A stretch of DNA of 64,000 bases from Balanoglossus misakiensis (lineage: Eukaryota; Animalia; Hemichordata), in NCBI GenBank assembly GCA_040954595.2, contig CM082597.2, positions 9,269,778-9,333,777 of the forward strand, in the 5' to 3' direction. How positions within the stretch are numbered: the first letter of the stretch is position 1; each line of letters begins with the position of its first letter. This document shows positions 12,501 through 24,738 of the stretch, one piece after another. The position numbers and the translations under genes were made by a program. Under the pieces are notes generated by a model. It was not told the DNA's origin and searched no databases. It worked only from the letters and a program-made list of their open reading frames with translations.

Positions 12501-15500
12501 GAACTAGCAATTCACGTCTCTGCTTCAGAGGAATATACCGACACGAAGTGGGGGGGGGGGGGGGGAACCCAGTCCGTTCAAGCGTAAATGTCCCGGTCAG
12601 AAGGTAACTACGAGCTTCGTAGAGCAGCATTCGACACGCTAAACAACTCTCGTCGTTTGCAACACGTCATTTTTTTCCAAGTCCACGTTTTGTCGGACAA
12701 CAATTTCTGACGGTTCGACAGACGGTTGGTATAGACACGTCTGCTTGCGAAAATTCCGACAATTTTGTTGAATTTCTTCGTATGAAATCGAAGGAGTTTG
12801 TCGTTTTAAATACTCGATATATTGCTCTTCATCATTACGAAGTTTCCTTGGTTGTCAGTGCAAAACATCCTCATACAAAGTTCAGAGTAGACTACAGACG
12901 ATCTCACAGTGGGATTACGAACGTTTGAAACGGTTACTTTGTTGCAAAATAAACAAAGTGCGGTATTCGGTTTCATGAACTTAGACGTTTTTTTCTTATC
13001 GCGGGAGAGGTTTATTTAATCTCCAGAGGACAAAGAATTTCCAAGCTATTTTGAAATTAATTGGTAGTAAGAATTGAGCCTTCATTCTTGTTAGGTCCCA
13101 TTTGGTATGCGTATGTATATCATGTCACATTATGAAAAAAGTTATAGGATCGATTGTGTCTGGATGGATGGATGGATGTATGTATGCCTATGTCTGTCTG
13201 TTCATATCAAAATCTTGGAAACTGCTGGGCATATCACCTTGGTATTTGGTGTGCTGATGCTTTCCACAGTTCCTTGTATCAAATATTGTAATCTGAATTT
13301 ATTTTGGTGTTTTACAGTTGTTGTTTGGTGGGTGAGATTATCTGTATTGACGGCCATTTTGAAAAAATGAAAAAAATGGTTCCAATTGAAAATCTTCAAC
13401 AGATATTTAGTGGCTCGCTATCTGAATTTGTTTAGTACACATTAACACATCTGAGCCAAGTTTGGTGCTTGTATCACAAAATGCACTATCGATCGGTTAT
13501 GCCGCTCCACAAAAAGGAGGAAAGTGGTAATACCCTTACGTCAGATCAGTTAAAGAGCTCTTCTTCAAGACTTGTGATTTGGTTCAGAAACACCTAACAG
13601 GTCACAACAGACCATGAAAACCAATTACGATAAATCTTGTAAAGAACGGCATTTTGAACCGGGTGATAATGTGTTAGTTTTGCTACCAATAAGAAGGGAT
13701 CCTTTGTCCGCTAAGTATAGTGGTCAATATCAAGTGGAGAAGAAGGTAAATGACGTAAACTAAGTCGTTATCACTCCCAATCGACGCAAGACCCGTAGAG
13801 TATGTCACGTTAATATGCTCAAACGTTATTACTGTAGAGATGGTGAGTCTATTTGTCGGTCAAGGTGCACCACTGTGGTAGCAGATGAAATTGACTATGT
13901 TGAATCACAACTGCCAAGAGTTCCCAAAAGATGAAATTGTCAAATTCAGAAATTCTCATGGATTTACCAGCAAAACTTTCACATTTACGAGAGAGTAAAG
14001 TAAATGACGTCATTGGTCTAATTAACCAGCACCCATCTATCTTTTCTAATGAACCTGGTTGTACTTCACTTACCACACATGATATTGACGTGGGTCACGC
14101 AACACCCCTACAGAGTAAATCCCACTGAAGTAAGCGAAGAGGTTGAATACATGTTGGAACACAAACTCATTGAACCAAGTGAAAACAGCTAAAGTTCCCC
14201 TATCATACTTGTACCAAAGGGAGATGGAGGTGTAAGAATTTGTGTGGACTTTCGTAAAGTTAATGAAGTGACCCGTACAGATACCTACCCTTTACCACAT
14301 ATTGGAAAGTCTACCTATGTAACCAAGATAGATCTTCAAAAGGGTTACTGGCAGGTAGCGTTAACAGATAGAGCCAGAGACCCCCCTTAACGTTTACAAA
14401 AAAAGATGACCTCCCCTTTTGGACTTCAAAATTTAAGTGACCCCCTGGATTTTGCCGCCGCCCCCCCCGGCCGTAAAAACTGCACGGTCCCTTACACCGT
14501 GCACCACAAGGAGCTGCTAACATTAAGCACTAATGTCCCCCTTTCTTGAGGAACTTTGCATTAACGCTGTTCCGATATACTTTTTTCTAACATTTCTTGC
14601 TGAACAATCTTTGTACTTCTGTTTATGTTTCTGTGTTACCCCACACCATAGACGTAAAAAGAGATACATAGACAAAACACATACATAGACAGTAGAGGAG
14701 GTGGGTGTTCGGGTCTACCCCTCTACTGTCTATGCCCCACACCGTATCTTATCAGTTGTAAATCTAGAATGCAAGCTATCCAATTTCCAATTAAATATGT
14801 TTATGTAGCAGAGACTTTGTCCTTTTAATTTAAATTTATTTAAACAAAACTTGAGTTTACAAGGAAATATTAAGGAATATAGACCTTCATACAAAATCCG
14901 ATTTCATAGCAAATACTTTATTCGCCGTTTCCCGGGGTCTGGGCCCTACAGCTATTTCTTAGTTCTGAAAATAACAAATTAACACAATTTTCGTTCAGAT
15001 GTCAAAATTTATTCGAACTGGCAACGCAGGGCAACAGCTAGTTCTGCAGGTCCGTGTGTTCCCGGCGTTACACGGCCTCCAAGCCGAGAACGTAGAGCTA
15101 GGCTATACGATAGCAAGGCTGGCGATTATCCCAAGTGCGTAATGGTTTTAAGTGGTTTGCCTAGAAAATTCCGTCTGTAGACCAAAACTCGTGCACCGAT
15201 CGCCGTTATCGAGCACACTGCATTTATATTGGACAGCAAACCACCCCAAAATGTCTCACAACTTGTACAACGGCCCCTTTTCGAACTTTATAAAACATTT
15301 TAAAAATACAAATAATATTAAAAAACACGCGCAAAGGATTGTGGGGGCAATATTATTTGACAACGTAAAATTAATTCGACACAACACGTAAAATTAATTC
15401 GTCACTACACCTGTAATTAATTCGACTTAACACGTAAAAATAATTCGAGATGTTGGCAGAATTATTTCTAACAAAGATAAGCTAAAATAATTATTTAGAA

Positions 15501-18500
15501 CACATAAAATTAATTCTGCATGACTACAAAAAATTAATTAAAGCACATAAAAAATAATTCTATATACTGGTAAAATTAATTCCAGGCTCTATAAAATTAA
15601 TTCTAATACGTTTTATTAATAAACAACAATTTTGACCAGAACGGGCCCCCATATGCTTGCTGTTAAGTGCCTTGGGATAAAACATCAACAATGCAGAACA
15701 TAACTTCACGCTAAAATTGACAATGATAGAAACATACCACCAGCATGATTCTTAAAACACGCTGTTATTTCAGTCAAATTCTTGAAATCACTTATCAGGC
15801 TGATAACCATTTCTTATACCAACTACAAGCTGTACGGTTCTCGTCGTTTCCGAATGATGCAGTTACAAAAAAACGTTTTCAATATGGTTAACTCATATCA
15901 TGCTCATGAAACTTGAACACATCAGGATATCCATTTGACATTTCTTTCAGATTCGTTTCCGTTGATTAATGGCAACCCTGAAATCAAACTGGAAGTAGTA
16001 GACAAGATTTATTTGGTTAACAACAACCCGGTAACGCATACGACACCTGTGATACAGTGCATTTTCCATAGTAATGGTAGTGAAGTTTACCAATCCTTAT
16101 TCAACGTCAGTTGGTTTGTTGATAATGAGCTAGTATGGACGGATTTTCTCACTGATGATATTGCTGTTGACTACAATTACACATCAACGTTAAACCAATT
16201 CAAACACCCTAAAGGGAGTCCCAACGATGGATTATATTCACTGGGGCAGAGCGTAAGTAACGATTTCACGTGGGAATGAATCTCTTGAGATCACACATTA
16301 CCTTTATACCAGTTTGTTTTAAAGTAATGAGTACTACGTGGTTTTTGTTACAAGAGATGATCTGAGCCTACTTTTACATAGTCTACCATTACAAGGATGA
16401 TTATCCGACCACAATTTCTGGACAGCAACCAAAACACGCAAATGTGCTTAAATAATGAATGTAGTATCTCGAATCAAAGACAATCATGTTCGCCAAAGGC
16501 AAATAAAATATAACAATATGGGTGCTAGGTCATCAAGCAGAATATTAATTGAAAAAGCTTAAATGTGTGAACTGTTAGCTCCATTGAGAGTAAAACGATT
16601 CAGTGATTCCTATGGTGACAGGTGATTGAACACCATGTTTTCTTTCTTTCTTAACGCGCTGTTCAAAAGTTAAGAGAACTGCCATTTTTCAGAAAATCTG
16701 TTCATGAAGGCCGTATCACCTTTAGCACAGAGTATGTGAGAGATAATCGTGGAAATGCATGCATTAAGATGGGTCCCTAGGATCTTTTTGCTGGTTGCTA
16801 TGGGCCTTTATAGGACACTACACTCAATTTTGATCGGAACCGTTATGAACGTCCGACAAGGGGCTTGTAACTAGTTAAAAATAAACACGATTGTGTGCAC
16901 ACCCCCTGTCTGAGTATGTTTACGGCAGCTACCGCCCGGCCATAGGCCGCCACGCTAATACGGCAAAGCAGCGGTCAGCGATAGCGTGCGCGTCCTGTAA
17001 CCACAGTAACTGGATCGAACGTTAAAAATCCAATGTTTTGTACACAGAGATTTTGTACCGTTCACGAAAATCCCTAAGGCTTTTTTCACAGGCGACGTAG
17101 GCCAGCCAAATTTGACCTGCTTGTTGAGAACGCACTTCCGCATAGTGTGACGGATCGTTTTTTCGGTTTTCGTCGTGCTAAGAAGCGATACCAGTGGAAG
17201 AGTGCGTCCAAAAACACCCAAAATCGATGACTTTTTCAGGTGTGGTACGGTATGCTGAAATCGTAGGATACAACGATAATATTCGAAAACAAAATCCGTC
17301 ACGATCTTCCCTGGTTCAAGCAACTAATGAATACGTATCAAGTTCGTTTTTGAGGTCACGGAATAAAAAGCCTTAGGCTTTTGAAATTTGACCTAACTAA
17401 TTTGCATATCAATGGCGTCAGGGGGCGCGCGCTCACAATCGTGCGTATTTTTAACTAGTTACCAGCCCCTTGTTAGACTCTGAAAACGGCTTAGTCCAAA
17501 TCGGGGTGTAATGTCCTATAAAGGCCCATAGCAACGGGCAAAAAGATCCTAGGGACCCATCTTAATTTGTACGAAAATATTAAACTCTTCCTATCTGACA
17601 GTTTCGATGTTCTGTCACGTCGGCCTTTGCTGGAGGAACTCAAACAAGCTCAGAAAAATTCAGTGTGGACTTTTTTGCGGGTATTACGGTAAGTGGCTCC
17701 AAAATTATGTATACAGTTCTTTGTGAATAAAATCCACGTTACGTTGCTGCACTACAGAGTTTTGACGTTTTATAAAGTCACATATTTTACAAAGTTCATT
17801 AGGAATACTACCTAAGAAATTCACTCCTTGAAATAAACTTTTCTCTGTTAATTATCGAGCTCAGAATCCCCTAAAATTATAATTTATTGAAAGCTTATAT
17901 ACAGGAAAACATGTTGAATACTTCAGTGTGACTATCGTTTACACAACCATCACGTGACAATAAATTTAAATAATCTTCCAAAAGCTGTTTTCTAGATGTT
18001 TTATGTTAACGCTTTGAGATATTTTGCTGAAATTTTCGGTGCCCTAACCATTGCAATCGAACGGCAATATTCAACATTTTCAAACATATTAAGCATTATT
18101 ATATAAGTATTGTTAAACTTTTTTTTCCAATTACAGATTCACAACACGTCTGTGAATATCGACGAAAATGGTAACCCGGTTAATATTACGTTTTCATCCT
18201 CTGTCCCTGTACGCTGTAACAATGAAGGCGACACTTGTAAGGTTGAAGTTCGCCTGGATGTTGATAGCACAATTGAAGAAATAAACGACCACATTGTTTT
18301 TGAAGATTGCATCGTTGCACTGTACAACAACTATGAAGTTGGTACATTAGTTAACATGGAAATCATCTCACAACCCACCGAGCAGAGCGACGATAGTGGA
18401 TCATACGTACTTGATTTCACGGCTAACAAGAACCTACATGATCCAAGTTATTTCCGTGGCTACAAGCCAGGTCATGTGATGGTAGGTTGTTTCTTTAGGT

Positions 18501-21500
18501 GTGTTGCAAGCTGCCACGAATAATTTTGATTATGCCAAGATAAGTATTTACTACTTTTCGTGCAATAAGTAACCTTTCATTTTATTTTGAGTCGGTATTC
18601 TCTACGCTAAGCAAAACGGCATTTACTTATGCAATATTAAAATGACCGTATCATTCTTGATTATATCTTGATTATATACAAAGTCATCTATTCGAAATAG
18701 GTATATACACTTACATAACCATTAAAGAGAAACAATATCGTATAATAATAGTTTAGATCGGCTTGTTAATACTTCCACCAGCCTGACAATACCGTACTCG
18801 GAAAAATGTCGACATCGGTTTAGACCAGGGTCCATAGATCCTTTCATACAAAACTGGGGGGGGGGGGGTATGTACTCCCTGTTAATCAATATCAAAATCA
18901 GTGTATGGGTAACAGCTATATGGTACCGTCGGCATCGATTAACTCTCCGCCATTTTGAACTGGTGCCACTGGTAAAAGGGACCAACAATACTTAGATAAA
19001 GATGTGACTATTTCAACACATGGTCACTCTTAATGAAATATTACGGGGGTCACTCAGGGACCATTAGGAGGGTTCAGAATCGTCTCGGATGAAATACTGG
19101 CGAAAATTATTATGGGTGAACAGTGTATAGTGGTTCTGAAACGGCTTAGATTTGAGACGGCTTTGCTGGCCCGACCTGAACCAGTGTAAGAATTAACACC
19201 TTTCCGCAACCCATTGTCTATGGGACTGAGCCTCAGTTTGCCTTTTGTTGTGGACACAACAAAAGGCAAATAGTGTCTCTCAAACACTCGAACTTTTACC
19301 AGTGTGACCGAGGTATAGGTATTGTTTTCTCTAGCACATAATAGAGTACATTTATTGAATATGTGGTTTTATCTCTGGCATAAGAATCGTCTGACAAATT
19401 AGGCTGTAATATACATTTTCACGACCGATGTCTTACTGAACAGGTCCATCGTACAGGAAAACCATCAGCGACATGTTGGGGTGTGTCAGATCCGCACTAC
19501 AAAACGTTTGATGGAAGGTAAGCGTTAGCGAGTTAGATGTCAATGACACTGAACTTTAAGGTATATGAAGTATGAGAATTTTTTTAAATTATAGTAATTC
19601 AAATTGTTACTTTTTCTCATTAAAGTGTGTGATACGTCGATTTTCATAATTGAATCTTGAAAATTTTTAATTTATGATATACTTGTATCTTTTGTTCTCG
19701 ACCTTAGATTCCATGATTGGTACGGAACTGGGGATTATGTTATGGTCAGAGAAAAAAGAATAGAGAATGGGGAAAAGCCATTCAGCAATTTCGAGGTAAT
19801 ATTTTTCTTGGCGTATTAACATGTTTGCAAATGAAAGTTCAAAGTTAAAGTATGGAGGATGTTTTTTATAATGTTAACATTTATTGGGATTTACGACAAC
19901 ACGTAAAAAAAGAAAATGCACGTAGAATTTTTTTTCAATATATTGATTGAAAATCCACCTTCCGTGTCACATGCTACCATATACATGCATTCTGTAAACC
20001 CTTTAATAATTTGAGAATGCTTAGAATTACGATTGAATGCTACTAAAATAAAGTGTATAATTCGTTTTTTGTATGGGCCAATTGGCTGTCCTTTCCGATC
20101 GCAGACACAGACTATGGTCGCCAAAGTTTAGACAGCACACTGCCTGGTGGCATTGACTGTATATTGTAGTCAGAGTCTCTGGTTTGGCACATGCGCAGAG
20201 ACGATTGTCGCCCTTTAATGCCGCATGAAAAACAGTCCAGATTTTTACTAGATGCATTTTTTAAAATGTAGGTTCATGTTCGCTTGAGGCCATGTTTCCA
20301 TCACAATCCTTGGAACCCGTCATGCAACTGTGCTGTGGCTGTCAGGGAAGGAAATGACGTAGCCATTGCAGATGGATGCAATTTAAACCGCGGGTTCACG
20401 TATACAAGGATAAATGATCCAAACGACTGCAACCCTGGGTTCAATGTCACAATAACACCAGACGGCAAAGAGTTTCGGGTGAGTTGCACATTTACTTCCA
20501 AAGCAATGTTGGTCTCAGTTACTGCAGAAAAAAACATGACGGTGAGGATATGTTATTCATTTTTATCACATTACCTACCTCCGGCTCCTTCTCAGTGTTG
20601 GTAAAAAATCAAAAGAGTTTGGACGTTTAAAATAAGGCTTATATTATACTTGCATTACCACTTTTGTTTTTCCCCGGTTTCATCTCATATTTACATCATT
20701 TCTTATTTGTAAATTATTCATAATGTTGGCGTGATGGAATTTTACTTTTTATTGTAAGAACGACATTTGATTTGATTAGCGATTGTGAAGTGAATGATAC
20801 TGCCCCGCATAAGCGTTAAACGAAATGTGGAAGTAAAAAAAAGTGTCTGAAATTTGGAATGATAATTCGCTTAAATGAGATGAAACTGGGTAAAAGACAG
20901 TATAGTGGTAATGCAAGCGTAAGATTAAATCTTATTTAAAAAAAATAAAATAAAAACTAAACAGAGAGGGTATTTTGAGAGCGACCTTTTTTAAATTCCG
21001 CACTTTCCGCACTTCCTGTATACAGTCAACATAGCGCGCATGCGTGATTGAGTGTGTTGTCTGCACATTCCGTAGGTGAGTACACAGACTGGGCAATTTG
21101 TACGGTTTGTGGATTTTGGTGCTTATTTCGATGTAATCGTTGAGGTGAATGGCGCTATGTACGAGAGAGTTGAGGGATTATGTGGTTCGTATGACGGGAA
21201 TACAGAAAACGACTTCGATTACTTCGACGAGGAGACGAATCAAACTATCAGAAGTGATTGTTATGATTTATGGGAAGACAGACACTGCAGCAGCTGTTCT
21301 TGCATCGCCGAAGACTCCTCTAAATCATACAAGTAAGACTTTTTATTTCTCTTTAAACAAAATTTTCATTTTGGCTTGCTGTTAGTATGAGCGAAACAAA
21401 ACGAGAGCTAAAATGAGACATTTCAGTATAAGATAAAATGACCATGTTTCACGTCAACTTTCTTGTTGGAAGCCCTGATTTTATTTCGATTTCTTAAAGG

Positions 21501-24500
21501 TTGGATAAAGGAACAAGTCTTTTCTACACGGACAGATTCACATCATTGCCAGGGTACCTGTCGGATGACTTTTATCCTTTGTGTCAATGTCTACCGAAGG
21601 ATGATGAAAATCCAACTCTCGGTAGCATCATTTACTGTCAAGATACTTTTGCCATGCCCATGATTAAGGGTTTGGATGGTCTCCCAATGCATCAGTGCGT
21701 TGACCCGACAGGGAAACGCAGTGCCCAGAACACATATTACAGTGACGACGATGAATACGACCCGTACGCCTACGAGATACCAGACCAGGACGAGTTGTTC
21801 AATCCAGAGAACTTCACATGGCCGACTGCTTCGGGTATAACTGAAGGCGACGCTAGACAGAGATGTACAGATGCTGTTTATCAGTCCAATATTGTGCAGG
21901 CTTGTCAAGAGGTAGACACACTGAGGGATACCACAGAACTTGCCATCGAAAACTGCATATTTGACATACTGGTAAGGGGGAATATGATATAACGATATGC
22001 CCAAGTTCAATGTTCAAAGCACTGTCATTGAAGCGCTACTAGAGTATGTTCCACAAAGAGAAAATTTTGGATTTCCTCCGATTTCGAGAGTTATCCAATA
22101 TCGTTTTCAACCAGGATTTGATATTGGAATCTTTATAACGACATAATACCGATATTTTTTTAAACACATTATCCTCTCTCCAGATCCGGTAAACTAAGCG
22201 CTTCAAAATAAATAGGATAATTTTCGAGACTCTAATGTTTTGTTCAACAGAGCGAAAATGAGAAATGAGGCTTAGAAAAAATGTGCATTGAGCATACACC
22301 AGCGTACAATGTGAAACATACTCTGCCATCCAGAGTAATTTCATTGTATCTTTTATCAGATTCTCGACGATTTGGCTATAGTTGCTACAGCTCACTCGAC
22401 GGTGGAGAGTGACTGCGTGTCGACGTTCAGTAAAAACGCCAGTCTGTGGGAAACAAATGAAAATGGCGAGCTTGCTCCTCCAGCTTCGATCATCAATGCT
22501 GTGTGTCCCAAAAACTGCAACGGTAACGGCAACTGCACCACGAATGGGACATGCTTGTGTCACGAAGGCTACACCGCCGTCGACTGCGCTATTCAGATTG
22601 GCAAACCACCAGATGTAGAGGCTGTACGGAGTGGCAGCACGTGTGACGTACGGAAACGACCCTGCGAAAGACTGACAATTGCCGCTACAGGTTTATTGAA
22701 TTCCGAGTCCCTGACGTGCCACATTCATGACCTACAGGTATAGGTGTTTAGATACCTTGCTTTGCATTTTAAACAACCACACTATGCTATATACATTATC
22801 ACTAACCGAGAACTTTATTTAATATTATGAAATGGAAGATTTGTTGTCGTATCTGTCATATCTATATTACGACCATTCAGCATACCATCATGTGATTTGC
22901 TGTTCAGACATGCGAAGACCATCACGCATGTTACTATCACATGTATCATACACAACTTGATAATTGTGCTTGTCACACGGAAATGTTGCTAATAATGTCA
23001 ATTCCAGTTGACTGTATTGTTTACAATTCCCCGAAACAGTCATCTTGGTAAATAACTGATGATTTTTTAACTTTTATTAACTAATCCTGCTAATGTCATA
23101 TTTTCATCATTTCATTTGATACTATAATAGAGAACCTATAATGATCGAGCGAGTATACGTAAATTCTATTTTCTTGGTAAAAGTATCATGTTTCCAGTGA
23201 TTCATGGATTGACACGGGCTCTATCACAAAGACAACCGCGGAATTTGCAAGTGCTTACACAGCCTACTGCTATCTGCCGCTGCCCCGCGCACGAAGACAA
23301 GTTAGATCTGACGACGAGACCGGCCAATCAACACAAGCCATGAAGATATCAATCAGCAACGATGGAATCATTGAGAGCAATGCAGTATTTGTTGTCACGT
23401 ATGATTCACTCTGCTTCAATTGCTCCCATGATGGCGGGTGCGTCAGAAAGGTATTCAAAACTGCATTTCAGAAACAGTTCATATTTTCCAGTTTACGTCA
23501 ATAACTGATCGTTCGAATCCGTAAGTGATCTTTAAAAAGAAGGGGTCGTCGCGCCGCGTGGGTGTCCCCCTTGACCAACGACCTGGATCTTATTAACGAC
23601 GAGGATCTTATTTGAGGGATTTGTGGATGAATTATGATTTTTATAAACAAGCAAACGCCGCGCGACGACCTCTTCAGTTTAATTGATTCAATCATTCAGA
23701 TATTTATACTACAGAGAAAAGCAGACGTATCTTGGAATGCTACATGAAGGCTTACAATACGCAAAAAACACAGGATGGTTATATTTGAAGACTTTCAAAC
23801 AGAAAGACTTGAACTCCATGTTTTATATTTAATTACATTTTTAACTGTGTCTACTTCTCTTGTCAATGTTATGCAAACCAAATACACTTAAGATGGATGC
23901 ATGTCTTATTAATGGAAAGTGCTATGCAGATAATGAGAAGAGTCCATTTGATGATTGCCTGCGTTGTCATTTAGAAACCTCATCAGATGAGTGGACCCCA
24001 ATCACGGGTAAGACACAAAATGCCCGATGTGTTCCCATTGCTATTCTCATTTCACAATTATCAGTTACTTGCAAGCTGTTAAAATTTTTGTGTAAAAAAA
24101 CTGTCAGACGTCTGTTTCTCTGAGTGATAGGAAACGCTAAGGTATGTCCTACCGAAATCTAAGTATGGAGAATTGTACGTAATAATAAAATAATTGAAGA
24201 TTGCAAGAGGCAGTTCACGTCATCATTTCACCAAAAGAGCCACCGTACTGCCGATCTGCTGTCGCTGCTATTGAGACTCCATTTCAACGTCTGAGAAACC
24301 CATCACCACCTGATATACGCGTTCTTTCCACTCCGATATTTTGAGGTCCATGTTCTCAAAGCTATCATCGTAGATCTGAAATGACATCACTGTTCATCGG
24401 TTATGTATCCTGTACCCCTATTTCTTCATTTTCATCTGTAGATGGTGCATGTTTATCAACCACAATTCCAAGTACCCATCAACCACTTAATGATGATGTG

Positions 24501-24707
24501 CAAATCAATTGGATGTTAGCTCTTATTATAACTGTTCCTCTATGCACTATAATGATCACAGTGATTGCCATGATAATGATAGTCATCAAGAAGTAAGTAT
24601 CTGTCTGCAGCTAGCTAAGTGCCTGCCTATCTGCCAGGCTGACCGTCCTTCCTGTCTGTCTGTCTGTCTCTGTATATGTATGTATGTACACGCACATGTA
24701 TGTATGC

Positions 24708-24738
<31 letters not shown>

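Noticed and set aside
15360-15605. Short repeat-spacer pattern
   Set aside because: Degenerate ~23-bp AT-rich minisatellite; period too short for CRISPR
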